Positions 12,439 through 25,680 of a stretch of DNA of 64,000 nucleotides are shown here, piece by piece. Under the pieces are notes generated by a model, which was not told the origin of the DNA, did no database searches, and was given only the letters and a program-made list of their open reading frames with translations. The DNA lies in contig OX597835.1 of the NCBI GenBank assembly GCA_951406725.2, forward strand, positions 16,430,001-16,494,000, in the 5' to 3' direction. The translations under genes were made by a program, and so were the position numbers. Source of the stretch: Octopus vulgaris. Its lineage: Eukaryota. How positions within the stretch are numbered: the first letter of the stretch is position 1; each line of letters starts with the position of its first letter.

Positions 12439-12842
12439 GACACGTACACACATATATATGTGTATGTTACCATGTGTACAAAGTGATATAGCACTTACTG
12501 ATCATTGGATAAACTATATATTGTTATGGTGCTAACACTTGGATTGGCTTACAACATGGCATTACCCCAAACTATACAATTCTTAACCTACAAAATATCA
12601 TCACTGCTGCTGTTTTCTGTATTGTCAAGATATGGATTTCTCTAGCATTGGCAAAAGACCACAAATTTTGGTGGTGTTGGTGGTGGTGGAGGGATACACA
12701 GTCAATCAAATCAACATCACCAGTACACATCTGGTATTACTTATTTTGTCAGCTCTTGGATGCAAGGTTGACCCAGCGGAATACTGAAGTCAGGAAAGAG
12801 AGATGGGGGAAGGAGAGAAGGAGAGGAAGAAAAGAGGTGGAG

Positions 12843-12882
<40 letters not shown>

Positions 12883-13622
12883 GTGAAACTAAATATACCA
12901 GGAGGTAATTTAGTCTGACACTTCAATGTCTTCTGGCAATATTGCAGATGACCACATAGCTGTAAAGTGCTCCCACCCAGTCTGTCTCTTGATTGCTTGA
13001 CAGCTACTTTCACCATCGCATCACCATGAACTAACATGGCCCTCAAATTACATCCTGGCAAAGGGGGAACATGTTAGAGGATGTAGTCTCAGATGCGTAA
13101 TGTTCAAAAAAGGAAGGAGTGGTCATTATTGGAGTTCCTTTGATTGTAGGTACACTGGGTTGATGCTGGTTAAACAACAACAATAACAACATACTAAGAA
13201 GGGGCTCTAAATAACCATTCAATCTGAAAGAAATAGTACTGAAATCTCCCTCGTATCATAAGCTCCAGTTTTAGAATAGAAAAGAAAAATTATATAATAT
13301 AGTCTCATATACACTGAATAAAAGATGGAATTGTGAAGCTGGATCATTTTTGATAATAAATTTAAAGATTTAAAGGATCAGGTCTGGCCTAGGGTTAAGC
13401 AGCATTTGAGAACCAAGATGATAGTTGTAGCATGAAACTGGGTGCCAAGTTATGTCCTTGCCTAAATAAAATGATAATTATCCTGTTTAAGAGAAGAGTT
13501 GAATAAATTAAATACAGAGTTTATAAGAAGCCACAATATCATTTCATTTAATGCCACAATGTGTATGTGTGTGTGCGCACGTGTACACACATATATAATG
13601 CATATATATATATATATACATA

Positions 13623-13917
13623 CGCAATGGCACAGTGGTTAGGGCAGCGGACTCGCGGTCATAGGATCACAGTTTCGATAACTAGACCTAGACCGGGCGT
13701 TGTGAGTGTTAATTGAGCGAAAACACCTAAAAAGCTCCACGAGGCTCCAGCAGGGGGTGATGATCCCTGCTGTACCCTTTCACCACTCTTTCTCCTGTTG
13801 GCCTGCTCACTTAGCCAGCGGGGTGGCGTCATTCGAAGGCTAAAACGATGCGAACGCATTGTGACCAGCGATGTGTAACAACATCTGATGGTCTGGTTGG
13901 TCATGTGATCACGTGAT
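13623..13917 (+). mobile_element. SINE family D carrying tail 2
   Basis: tRNA-like head CGCAATGGCACAGTGGTTAGGGCAGCGGACTCGCGGTC..GTTTCGAT, then GAGCGAAAACACCTAAA and a tail ending GTGATCACGTGAT. A second copy lies at 54406-54720. Confidence 0.85.
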
Positions 13918-14249
13918 ATATATATATATATGATGGGAATTCCTAGTGTTCAAGGAAAGTGATCTGATGGTGAATGAATGCAGACTGTTACACACACACA
14001 CACATGCTGATCTGTAATCAAAAATAAAGGTGTCCAGAGGTAAGTGCGACAGACTGAAAGTTAACAGAAATATGGCATAAATATATAGGGAGAAGATATT
14101 TCACTACCTGATCCTTTGGGCCATCCCAACTCCCCCACTCATTGCATGCGTGTGCGAGCACATAAAAGATAAACATGCACACATATACATTCGAGAGAGG
14201 GGAAAGATGCACAAACACACACACACTGGTATGTATGCATAAGTGTCTA

Positions 14250-14386
14250 CACATACATACATACACACATATATATACATATATATATATATATATACAT
14301 ACATATATACACACATATACATACATATATATATATACACACATATATATATATATACACACATATATATATACACATACATACAT

Positions 14387-14419
<33 letters not shown>

Positions 14420-14576
14420 CATACATATATATACATATATATATATATATACACATACATACATATATATACATATATATATACATATATACACATACAT
14501 ATATATACATATATACACATATATATACAGATACATATATATACATATATATACATACATATATATACATAGATAC

Positions 14577-14607
<31 letters not shown>

Positions 14608-14774
14608 CACATACATACATATATATATACATATATACATATATATATACATATATACATACACATATATATACATATATACATATATATATACATATAT
14701 ACATACACATATATATACATATATATATATATATACACATACATACATATATATATATACATATATATATATAC

Positions 14775-14819
<45 letters not shown>

Positions 14820-14820
14820 C

Positions 14821-14855
<35 letters not shown>

Positions 14856-15032
14856 CACATACATACATATATATATACATATATATATATACATATATAT
14901 ATACATATATACATACACATATATATACATATATATACATATATATATACATATATATATATACATACATATATACATACATACACACATATACACAATG
15001 TATATATGTGCGCATGCGTTTGTGTGTGTGTG

Positions 15033-15064
<32 letters not shown>

Positions 15065-15066
15065 TA
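14250..15066. repeat. Compound (TA)/(TACA) microsatellite
   Basis: Direct inspection. Confidence 0.97.
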
Positions 15067-15429
15067 AAGTATGCACATGTGTGCAGTAAAGCCAAAGGCA
15101 ATCAGCCCTGATTATTTTGAAGTAGCAGACATGACTAAGTCAGCTGAGCTAATATACATTAACAGCTCCCTCACACTGACACCAGCAGCTGAGATTAACT
15201 AACAACTGCTACTACTACTACTACTATCATCATCACTACTACTACTTTTACCACCACCACTGCTACTACTGTTACAGAAGCAGGCAGTTAACCAATCCTT
15301 ACAGTCTTCTGAGGATTGCTTCTACAGAACACCAGAGTTGAATCCTCGACTATACACATACTTTGACCTTTACAGTCTCAGAAAAGCTAGTTCTTCCCTT
15401 TCACTGTTTCAATTAGTCCCATTGATATT

Positions 15430-15481
15430 TGGGGAATTTACCCAAAAATTTTATAGCACACACACAAACACACACACACAC

Positions 15482-15514
<33 letters not shown>

Positions 15515-15662
15515 AACATGCATATACATGTATAAATACAAATACATATATACACACATGCATATGTATATATGCACATATATACAAATACATGTGTGTC
15601 TATATATATATATATATATAGACACACATGCTTATGTATATATTCACATATATACAAATACA

Positions 15663-15707
<45 letters not shown>

Positions 15708-15718
15708 ATATATATATA

Positions 15719-15761
<43 letters not shown>

Positions 15762-15910
15762 AAAAATTTTATAGCACACACACAAATACACACATATATA
15801 TAAACATGCATATACATGTATAAATACAAATACATATATATACACACATGCATACATATGTATACACACACACACATACAAATACATATATACAAATACA
15901 TGTATGTGTG

Positions 15911-15965
<55 letters not shown>

Positions 15966-16000
15966 ACACACATTCACATGCGTATATACATACACATATA
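15430..16000. repeat. Microsatellite-rich tract with local duplication
   Basis: ATTTACCCAAAAATTTTATAGCACAC...ATAAACATGCATATACATGTATAAATACAAATAC occurs at ~15436 and ~15754. Confidence 0.85.
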
Positions 16001-16354
16001 TTCCTATATACTCTTCACTTCCAAGAAATTCAATTTAAAACTGCTTGTGCTTGCGGTACATATGGATGGTTTATTTTAATACTATATGGAAGAAGAAGAA
16101 GGGAAAGAAACAGCAATAATGGCATCGGTTTCTCATTTGGACACAAGGCCGACAATCTCGAGGAGTTGGATTAGTAGGGTACTATCGTCCCTCTCCCTCA
16201 CCCGACTTGTACTTTACTTTCGTTGGCCCTGGAAGGGTGAACGGCTAGAATCTGAACTCATAACAAAGAACGAGAACAAATACAAGGCATTTTGTTCATC
16301 ACAGTACTAATTCTACTAATCCACTACTACTACTAATAATACTACTACTAACAT

Positions 16355-16389
<35 letters not shown>

Positions 16390-17274
16390 TTTTTATTGGT
16401 ATTAAGCATTGGATTATGGACAGGCTAGGGCACTGCCTTCTAGAGGGGGGGGGGAATAGCTGATTAAAATAAACCTCAGCAGTTTATGTTATTGACTGCA
16501 ACTTGAGCTTGGGGGAAGGATGAAAGACAAAATGGGCTTGGGAGGGAGTAGTAGCCAGAACAGAAAGGGACATAAATACCATAAGGTATTTATTTTATCC
16601 AACACTAACAATTCTACCATCCACTGTGCTTATGTGGTGAAGCTGCTCCTAGTAGTAGTAGTAGTAGTAGTAATCTACAAATGCACTCAAGCCAAAAATG
16701 GTTTACAATATTGAACATTCATTTCTGTTTCAAAAATATCTTGAATTTTATCAAACATAAAAGGCAGCTGTGTTTATACAGAACCATGGAAAAATATTTT
16801 GTTTACATGAAGATTGTGTGCGAGTGTTATTTTTAATCAGCAGAAGTTACAAAGTGGCTCCAAGGGCCAAGCGATTCATTCGTGGCCAACTGTAAGGAGT
16901 CACTCTGTGACTTCTTACAATTGAAACCAACGATTGCAAAATTTTGGCACAATACCAGCGATTTTGGGAGACAGGGTAAGTGGATCACTTCGACCCGAAA
17001 GGATAAAAGGGAAAGTTGATTTCGGCAGAATTTGAACTCAGAATGTGAAGGTGAACGAAATACCACAAAGCATTTTGCCCAGTGTGCTTACAATTCTGCC
17101 AACACAGTAAGATACATATATGGTTAAGAAACTAGCTTTGCAACCACATGGCTTCTGGTTCAGCCTCACTGTGTGGCACCTTGGGCAAATGTCTTCTACT
17201 ATAGTCCTGGGTCAACCAATGCTTTGTAAGTGAATTTGATAGATGAAAACTGTGCAACAGCCCACAATATATAT

Positions 17275-17431
17275 AGGAGTAGCTATGTGGTAAGTAGCTT
17301 GCTTACCAGCTGCATGGTTCAGGGTTCAGTCCCACTGTGTGGAACCTTGGACAAGTGTCTTCTACTATAGCCTTGAGCTGACTAAAGCCTTGTTTGTGGA
17401 TTTGGTAGACGGAAACTGAAAGAAGCCCATC

Positions 17432-17479
<48 letters not shown>

Positions 17480-17575
17480 GTGTGTGTGTGTGTTTTTGTC
17501 CCCCCACCATCACTTGACAACAGATGCTGGTGTGTTTATGCCTCCATAACTTAGCAGTTCAGTAAAAGAGTCTGA
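17275..17575 (+). mobile_element. SINE family B
   Basis: TAGGAGTAGCTATGTGGTAAGTAGC head, internal (TA)n(TG)n, 3' truncated. Confidence 0.8.
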
Positions 17576-17786
17576 GACAAACACAGACACACAAACATAT
17601 ACACACGTATACATACACACATCTATACGGCGAGCTTCTTTCAGTTTCCATCCACCAAATCCACTCACAAGACTTTGGTCAGCCCAAGGCTATAGTAGAA
17701 GACACTTGCCCAAGGTACCACGTAGTGGGACTGAACCCGGAACTATGTGGTTGGGAGGCAAGCTAATTACCACACAGCCACTCCTA
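17576..17786 (-). mobile_element. SINE family B (inverted, abutting the previous copy)
   Basis: The reverse-complement head ends CACAGCCACTCCTA at 17786. Confidence 0.8.
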
Positions 17787-17809
17787 CACACACACACACA
17801 CACACATAG

Positions 17810-17980
17810 GCAAATCGTCAAAAATAAAAACAACAAAAGTAAAAAAGAAAGTACATAGTCATAAACTAATGCTCAGAGAAAGTTTAAGATGCAAAAAAGT
17901 GGGGTTGTGACAATCCAGGCATGGCTTTTCATCAGAAAGAAGAAAAAGTCCAGAGAGAAGGTAAAGAATAGTCCCAGAAA
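17810..17980 (-). mobile_element. Old copy of the hammerhead-like element family
   Basis: Collinear with 8694-8882 (GCTCAG..AAAG, TTCATCAGAAA, TCCAGAGAGAAGG). The minus strand retains CTGATGA-A but the stems and GAAA are decayed. Confidence 0.45.
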
Positions 17981-18000
17981 AGCATGTGTGTATGTGTACA

Positions 18001-18307
18001 TATATTTCTTTATTGCCCACAAGGGACTAAACACAGAGGGGACAAACAAGGACAGACAAAGAGATTAAGTTGATTGCATTGACCCCAGTGCGAAACTGGT
18101 ACTTAATTTATCGACCCCGAAAGGATGAAAAGCAAAGTTGACCTCGGCAGTATTTGAACTCAGAGGTCGACTTTGCCTTTCATCCTTTCGGGGTCGATAA
18201 ATTAAGTACCAGTTTCGCACTGGGGTCGATGCAATCGACTTAATCTCTTTGTCTGTCCTTGTTTGTCCCCTCTGTGTTTAGTCCCTTGTGGGCAATAAAG
18301 AAATATA
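18001..18307. repeat. Inverted duplication of a SINE A 3' half (~145-bp arms)
   Basis: The left arm ~18001-18145 is the reverse complement of ~18163-18307, with few mismatches and a short spacer. Confidence 0.92.
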
Positions 18308-18877
18308 CACATATGTACATACACACACTGTATAATATATATATATATATTAACAATGTTTTGTTTGAGTCTTTAAGATTCACTTGTGAGCTATCTTAAA
18401 TTAAATTCTGTTTAATATTCATCAAACTTTCTTTAATTGCAGTTGAAGTTAATGAAGAATAAAACATTTGTTTTCTTCCAGAATGCAATGGGGAGGGCAG
18501 GAAGGTATGCAACAAAAGTGAAAGACATGAACTGTCTTAATTGATATGACTGGTATTGATGAAGTGGAGAGGAAGAAAGGAGAGGGTTCTCTTTTTTTTA
18601 ATTGCTCTTGGGATTTGAGGATTTAAAATTTATCTTGGTGAGATTAGAACTAAGTAAATATTAATTAACCCAACAGATGGCAGTGCCACCATTGCAGGCT
18701 GTTCTTCAGTGATTTATCAACAGGCATGGCTGTGTGGTTAAGAAGCTTGCTATACAACCAAATGGTTTTGGGTTCAGTCCCACTGCTCAGCATCTTGGGT
18801 ACGCCTTCTACTATACTCCTGAGCTGGCCAATGCCTTGTGGGTAGATATAGTAGGAGGAAACTATGTGGAAGCCTGA

Positions 18878-18915
<38 letters not shown>

Positions 18916-18967
18916 AATAAATGTGAAAATTAATTTGTGTGTGTCACACTTTGACCCCTCTTTCACA

Positions 18968-19193
18968 TATTTCTTTATTGCCCACAAGGGGCTAAACACA
19001 GAGGGGACAAACAAGGACAAAGGGATTAAGTCAATTACATCGACCCCAGTGCATAACTGGTACTTAATTTATCGACCCCAAAAGGATGAAAGGCAAAGTC
19101 GACCTCGGCGGAATTTGAACTCAGAACGTAACGGCAAACGAAATACTGCTAAGCATTTCGCCCAGCGTGCTAACATTTCTGCCAGCTCGCCAC
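18968..19193 (-). mobile_element. SINE family A, full length
   Basis: Near-consensus reverse complement. Flanks CCTCTTTCAC / CCTCTCTCAC look like a TSD. Confidence 0.88.
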
Positions 19194-21581
19194 CTCTCTC
19201 ACTATTCAATGACACTTCTACTATTGCTTATGTTGGGGTGAGAGTAATAGTAGGCATAGAGATGGTAAGGGTGGTGGTAAAGAGAAAGAGAGAAAGAGAT
19301 ACAAAGAAATTTAGGGACAGTTGATGATGTTTTATTAAAAGTAGTAGTGTAGATGGTAGCAGTGGGAGTAATAAGAGAGAGAGAGAGAAAGAGTGGGTAT
19401 GTGAGAGAGTGACTGAATGCTGAACCAACACAAACATTTAGCCTTTTTGTGATGGTAATGGAGTGACAGTAATAGTATGAGCTGTAGTTGTGATAGAGGT
19501 GGTGGTGATGGTGGTGGTAGCCGAGGTGGTCAGGGATTACAGTGAGGGTAAGCAATGTGAAAGGCAGTGGTGACAGTGGTGGAGGGGAAGGCGGTGAAGT
19601 CAAAGGTATTGATGGTGGTGGTGGTGGTGGCACCAGAAGTCTGAATGGTGTGTGTATGGCAATGGTGGCGGTACCGTTGTTTATCATGCAGCTTTGCAAT
19701 ATGTTCCAGTATGTTCCAAGCCGACAAACAGTGCTTTGTGTATGGAAATGGTAGATAGAAATCATATGGAAGGTTGCCCTATGTGGGTGAGTATGTGCAC
19801 AGAGTACCCATTTTAAAAAACTTATCTGTTCCTCTGTGGCACTGCCTTAAGGAATTTACTAGAACAAATTGATTCCAGGTCTTATTTTTTTCAAGCCTGG
19901 TACTTATTCTATCAGACTCTTTTGCCAAACTGCTAAGTCAAAGAGACGTGAACAAGCCAATATTGGTTGCTAAGCAATAATGATTAAGGAGGACAAGCAC
20001 AAAGACACATACACACAGATATATATCATGCAGTGGGACTGAACCCAGTACCATATGGTTGCAAAGTGAGCGAATAAATCAACACAGACATACCGACACC
20101 TCCATTCTGTGTCTTTACACAAGAGAAACTGAGCAAAACAAAAATGTTAAGCTGACATATCCTATCAACAAATCATCCTTTAGGTTTACACTTTTAAAAG
20201 GAAGAAGATTAGAAAAAGTCTTAACTTCAAAAGCAAGCGAGGTTAATGACAGGAAAGACATACTGGCTTAAAACAATGCCTCAGCAGGTATTCACCCAAC
20301 CCATGCTAGCATGGAAAAATAGACATAAAACGAATGAACAAACTAAAATAACACACATTTTTGTTATTAAACTGGTTTAGAACATAACATATTCTCTTAC
20401 AAACTATGTTTGGAACATTTTAATTTTGGTATGAAGGGTTTTTTTCCCCCCATTTTTCATTTCTTTCTTTTTTTCTTTTTTGTTTTTTTTTTTCTTTTTT
20501 TTTGTTCCAGAACTAAGAGAATTCATAAACTGGTTGGTGTCAAAAGGGTTAAAAGTGGAATTTTGCCATCGAAGAAAAAAAAAAAAATTCCCCAAAATAA
20601 ATGGTTAATTTGAAAATTCTATTTTTACCATTCCCCTCTAGATTCTTTTCATCTATCCGACAAACACACACACATACACACAGACTCCAATTATTAGTTT
20701 ATTGTTGATACTTATCAAACTTTTTATTAAATTGTTGTTCACCTATATTATTTTTCAGTGTGGTTTAATGTATTCTACGAAAAAAAAAAAAGAAAAAAAA
20801 AAAGAAAACAAAAACAACAAAAAAAATCCAATTTCTAGTCCGAGGCTTTAATTAACTACTAATCCTTTATTTTCATGCAAAGTTAATAACGTTTTTTTCT
20901 CTTCTTTTTACTGAATTCCTTGCTTGTCTGCCAATCTACCATATTGCAAGCTTCCATAATGATTGAGTAATCATTGATGAATTATTCCAACAGACACACG
21001 CATGTGTACACACACACACACACACAGAGGCACCTAATTCTAAAATCCAAAATCTATAAAATTCCATTTAGATTTTTATGGAAATATCTGACACCCTCAA
21101 AATATACCACAAAACCATTTCTTTTTTTTTCCTTATATTCATTTAATTTTCCTTTCATTTTTGTATTGTTTTTTTTTGTGTGTGGTGGGGAATGTGAACC
21201 ATAAAATAAACACAATGGGGGGAGGGTTGTCATTTAATCAATTATACCCAATCCCCTCCTTCCTCCTGATACATGGCTCAAGTCTTATGTCTAAAAAAAA
21301 TAAACATACAGTTATTTACTTTCATCCTTCCAGAGTATACCAAATACCAGTGAAATATTGGTCTTGAATTTTGGTACAAAGCCAGCAATTTCAGGGGACA
21401 GTATTAGCCGATTACATCAACACCAAAGTTCAACTGGTATTATTTTATCGATCCTGAAAGGCAAAGACAACCTTAGCAGAATTTGAACGGATGAAATGCT
21501 GCAAAGCACTTTGCCTGGTGTGCTTAATGATTCTGCTAGCTCACCCGCCTAAAATTCCAGTGACATATTGGGATCAATATA

Positions 21582-21809
21582 TATATTTCTTTACTACCCA
21601 CAAGGGGGTAGTAAACACAGAGGGGACAAACAAGGACAGACAAACAGATTGTGTCGACCCCAGTGCATAACTGGTACTTAATTTATCGACCCCGAAAGGA
21701 TGAAAGGCAAAGTCGACCTCGGCGGAATTTGAACTCAGAACGTAACGGCAGACGAAATACAGCTACGCATTTCGCCCAGCGTGCTAACGATTCTGCCAGC
21801 TCGCCGCCT
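21582..21809 (-). mobile_element. SINE family A with 17-bp TSD
   Basis: ATATTGGGATCAATATA is duplicated at 21565 and 21812. Confidence 0.92.
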
Positions 21810-21918
21810 TTATATTGGGATCAATATAACCCACTGTACTCCTTTCCTCTTGGTCTTGTGCCTATGAGAGACAGAAAGAGGGAAGTGGGGATGGAGGTGG
21901 TTATCATATGGTTTAGGG

Positions 21919-22198
21919 CAGTGGTTCAATCATTTTTATTTATGGACCCCTTTGATTACTATTTTATCCTAGTGAACCCCCATAGCCATTCAATGTTTAA
22001 AAACTAATTTTATAGATACTTTTTTCAAAATTCCTATTAACTTGCATATGTTGACCTATGTAAAACATCAGGGAAAGAAACAGCAGTTTTTTGCAATAAA
22101 TACATCTAAAGCAAAAGTTTTTCATGACCCCATAAAATACTACTGCAGACCTAATTTATTATTTTGCTTGCGTGGACCCCCCTGGTTGAAAACCACTG
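21919..22198. mobile_element. hAT/Charlie-type MITE with perfect 8-bp TSD
   Basis: Termini CAGTGGTT / AACCACTG. GTTTAGGG at 21911-21918 and 22199-22206. An 8-bp TSD is diagnostic of hAT elements. Confidence 0.88.
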
Positions 22199-22499
22199 GT
22201 TTAGGGGAGACATTTAAAAATGATTATTACTACTAAACAGTATGTGTGGTTTCAGAAGATTTTAGCAGCTATTTCTAGCATGCTGACCAACTTGTCCTGG
22301 CTATGTTCTTACAAGGATACAGTCAGTAAAAGGTTGTCATGGCCAGCCTCTGTAGAGAAAGAAAAGTGCTATCATATGGTTTAGGGTGGGTGGTGGGTCT
22401 CGACCATGATCACTATTTCATTCTGGTGGACCCCCCCCCCCCATGGACAGTCAATATTTAAAAGCTAGTTTTATAGATACTTCTTTCCAAATTCCTATT

Positions 22500-22704
22500 T
22501 CGTTTATCCAACCAAAATATTCTACCTGTTTTATGTTCAAAGTGGGCAAATGTGGCCTCTCACACCAACCCTCCAATATCATTCTAAAAATTAACAGCTA
22601 CTTCATCAAAATCTCAAAGCTACAAAATGATACACGATTAATTCAAACGATGCGATTAAATAAGCAATATATTCGACAGAAAAACTGTGAAGGCTAAAGA
22701 GTTA
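22500..22704 (-). mobile_element. piggyBac-type MITE, family 2
   Basis: Reverse complement of 6542-6756; ends GCTAAAGAG-TTAA. Confidence 0.55.
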
Positions 22705-23479
22705 AATCTACAAACCACCAACCACTCACTGCACGGAAAAGTGAGGTACTGGACGGAATATCTTGTCTTCTGTATCACTTACATCTATGATATCTCAAAG
22801 CAGTAAGTAACCTTAAAGATAGGAGGAGCGGAGAGCTCTATGACACCAGAACTAGGGTGGCATGTACTCCAATAAGCAAGGGTTAGATATAAATTCATTC
22901 ATGCATACTTCCACACAACCACAACAATAACCCTCTTCTACCACCCCCTACTACACAACACAAAGCCACTTCCATCACTGACAACAATTAACATTGTCTC
23001 CACTATAACAACAACAATCACCATCACTACTACTACTACTACTACTACTACTACGAGTAGTATTACAAACAACACTAAAACCACTTCCACTACCTGTCAC
23101 CAACAACAATTAAAGTTGTCTCCACTGTAACTACTACTCCTACTACAACAACTACAGTTACCACCACCACCATTACTACAACAACAATAACAAGAAGCAC
23201 CAATTCTCAATCTAATTTTCCCTTGCTATTCATCTTCTAAAACAATAAATCAGAATGACATTAACCTCGCGTGACTAACATATCTATTTTCTAATCGAAT
23301 CTAATTCAAAATAATTATTCCAAAATAACAAACCTTCATTTTTTCATACCATTAGTGTTAGCGACGTCATAAGAGCAGTGTCATTAGTGGACACACACAA
23401 CAGAAATGACATTAGCAAAATCACAGCAGTAGCAATGTATTAGTGAAATAATACGACGTTGATGTCACAATACTAATGT

Positions 23480-24035
23480 CAGTGATATCACAATTCAATG
23501 ATGTCGGTAAAATCAACGACATCACAGCTCAATGGCATTGGCGACATCACAGCTCAATGACGCTGGTGAAAAGACAACTTAATGACATTGGTGAAATCAT
23601 AACTCAATGATGTAGGTGACACCACAATTCAATGATGTTGGTGACATCACAACTCAGTGATGTTGGTGACATCATGACTCAGCGATGTTGGTGACATCAC
23701 AACTCAGTGATGCTGGTGACATCACAACTCAGTGATGTTGGTGACATCACAACTCAGTGATGTTGGTGACATCACAACTCAGTGATGTTGGTGACATCAC
23801 AACCCAGTGATGTTGGTGACATCACAACTCAATGATGTTGGTGACATCACAACTCAATGATGTTGGTGACATCACAACTCAATGATGTTGGTGACATCAC
23901 AACACAGTGATGTTGGTGACATCACAACTCAGTGATGTTGGTGTGACATCACAACTCAGTGATGTTGGTGTATCATCACAACTCAGTGATGTTGGTGACA
24001 TCACAACTCAGTGATACTGGTGACATCACAACTCA
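23480..24035. repeat. 25-bp palindromic minisatellite, about 22 units
   Basis: Unit GTGATGT-TGGTG-ACATCAC-AACTCA. About 16 homogeneous units at 23632-24035 are preceded by degenerate units. Confidence 0.95.
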
Positions 24036-24280
24036 TGTAAAAAGCCCCATTCAAGTGTGGCTGATGCCAGTACTGTCTGACTGGCGCTCGTGCTGGTGGC
24101 ATGTAATAAGCATCCACAACACTCAGAGTGGTTGGTGTTAGGAAGAGCATCCAGCTGTAGAAACATTGCCAGATCGGATTGGAGCCTGGTGCAGCCTTCT
24201 GGTTTACCAGCCCTCAGTCAAACCGTCCAACCCATGCCAGCATGGAAAGTGGACGTTAAACAACAATGATGAGGATGATG
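24036..24280 (+). mobile_element. Family C
   Basis: GGTGGCATGTAATAAGCA..GAGTGGTTGGTGTTAGGAAG...GGACGTTAAA..GATGAG. Confidence 0.75.
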
Positions 24281-24329
24281 AGAAAGGATGAAAGGCAACT
24301 CCAGGATTCAACTGGTTCCTATTTTATCA

Positions 24330-24660
24330 ACATCATCATCATCATCATCATCATTTAGCGTCCGCTTTCCATGCTAGCATGGGTTGGACGGGTCAACTGG
24401 GGTCTGTGAAGCTGGAAGGCTTCGTCAGGCCCAGTCAGATCTGGCAGTGTTTCTACGGCTGGATGCCCTTCCTAACGCCAACCACTCCGCGAGTGTAGTG
24501 GGTGTTTTTTACGTGCCACCTGCACAGGTGCCAGACAGAGCTGGCGAACGGCCACGAACGGATGGTGCTTTTACGTGTCACCGGCGACGGGGCCAGGCGA
24601 TGCTGGCAACGGACACGAACGGATGGTGCTTTTACGTGCCACCGACACGGGGCCAGACAG
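24330..24660 (-). mobile_element. Family C with internal tandem subrepeats
   Basis: (CAT)n tail, then GGATGCCCTTCCTAACGCCAACCACTCC and repeated GGATGGTGCTTTTACGTG units. Confidence 0.8.
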
Positions 24661-25194
24661 ATAAAAGGGATAAAAGACCTCGACAGAATTTGAACTCAGA
24701 ACGTAACGATGACGATTATAGTAAAGACGATAATATTAATAGTAATACAATAAAATAAAATAGAATTATGTTAAATATAATTCACAGAAGAAAAAATACA
24801 ATTTCCAAAAAAAAAAAAAAAAAGATAGAGAGAGAGAGAGAGAGAAAAAAAAAACCCAACAAACACTAAGCAGTTAATGACTCCATTGACTTCTTGCATT
24901 CCAAAAGCCACTGTACAACATTTGGTAATTTAAAATCGGGACATATGCTTTCTGTAAAACCCGGATCAAACTTAGCTGGTGCAGAATAAGTACAAAGTTA
25001 ATGATATAGGAATGTTAGTTACATTGTCATGCTTGCTTATTATAAAAAGAAAAAAAAAAAAAAAACAGGAAAAGATAAATCTTTTAAAAAAAATGCAAAT
25101 TCTATTTCGATTTTGGGTTCTTATAACATAAACATATTCATGTTTAGATGGTGCGTTTCTTTGTGCGTATATCATGAAATGCAGCTAAATAGCA

Positions 25195-25209
25195 GTACGT
25201 TTATGCTAT

Positions 25210-25249
<40 letters not shown>

Positions 25250-25680
25250 ATACATACACACACAAAGAATGAAATGCATCTACACAGGAATATGTATATG
25301 CAATATTATATATGTGTGTGTGTATGGATGTATTTGTGTAAATATATATAAATATACACACACATACACATGTATATATACATGTATATTTGTGTATATA
25401 CGCATGTGTTTGTGTGTGTATATATATATATATATATGTACGTTTATGCTATATACATATATAAATATATATACATCCATACATACATACACAAAGGATG
25501 AAATGCATGTACACAGGAATATGTATATGCAATATTATATATATGTGTGTGTATGGATGTATTTGTGTGTATATATATATATATAAATATACACATACAC
25601 ATGTATATATACATGTATATTTGTGTATATACACGTGTTTGTGTGTATATATATATATATATATACATATATGTATATAA
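25195..25680. repeat. ~240-bp tandem duplication built from microsatellite-rich sequence
   Basis: GTACGTTTATGCTATATAC...ATGAAATGCAT.TACACAGGAATATGTATATGCAATATT occurs at ~25195 and ~25438. Confidence 0.85.

Noticed and set aside
19202-19765. 187 aa Pro/His-rich minus-strand ORF
   Set aside because: Derived from degenerate (GGT)/(GTA) trinucleotide repeats; no domain signature.
23480-24035. CRISPR-like palindromic repeats
   Set aside because: Units abut with a constant linker, there are no unique spacers or cas genes, and the context is eukaryotic.
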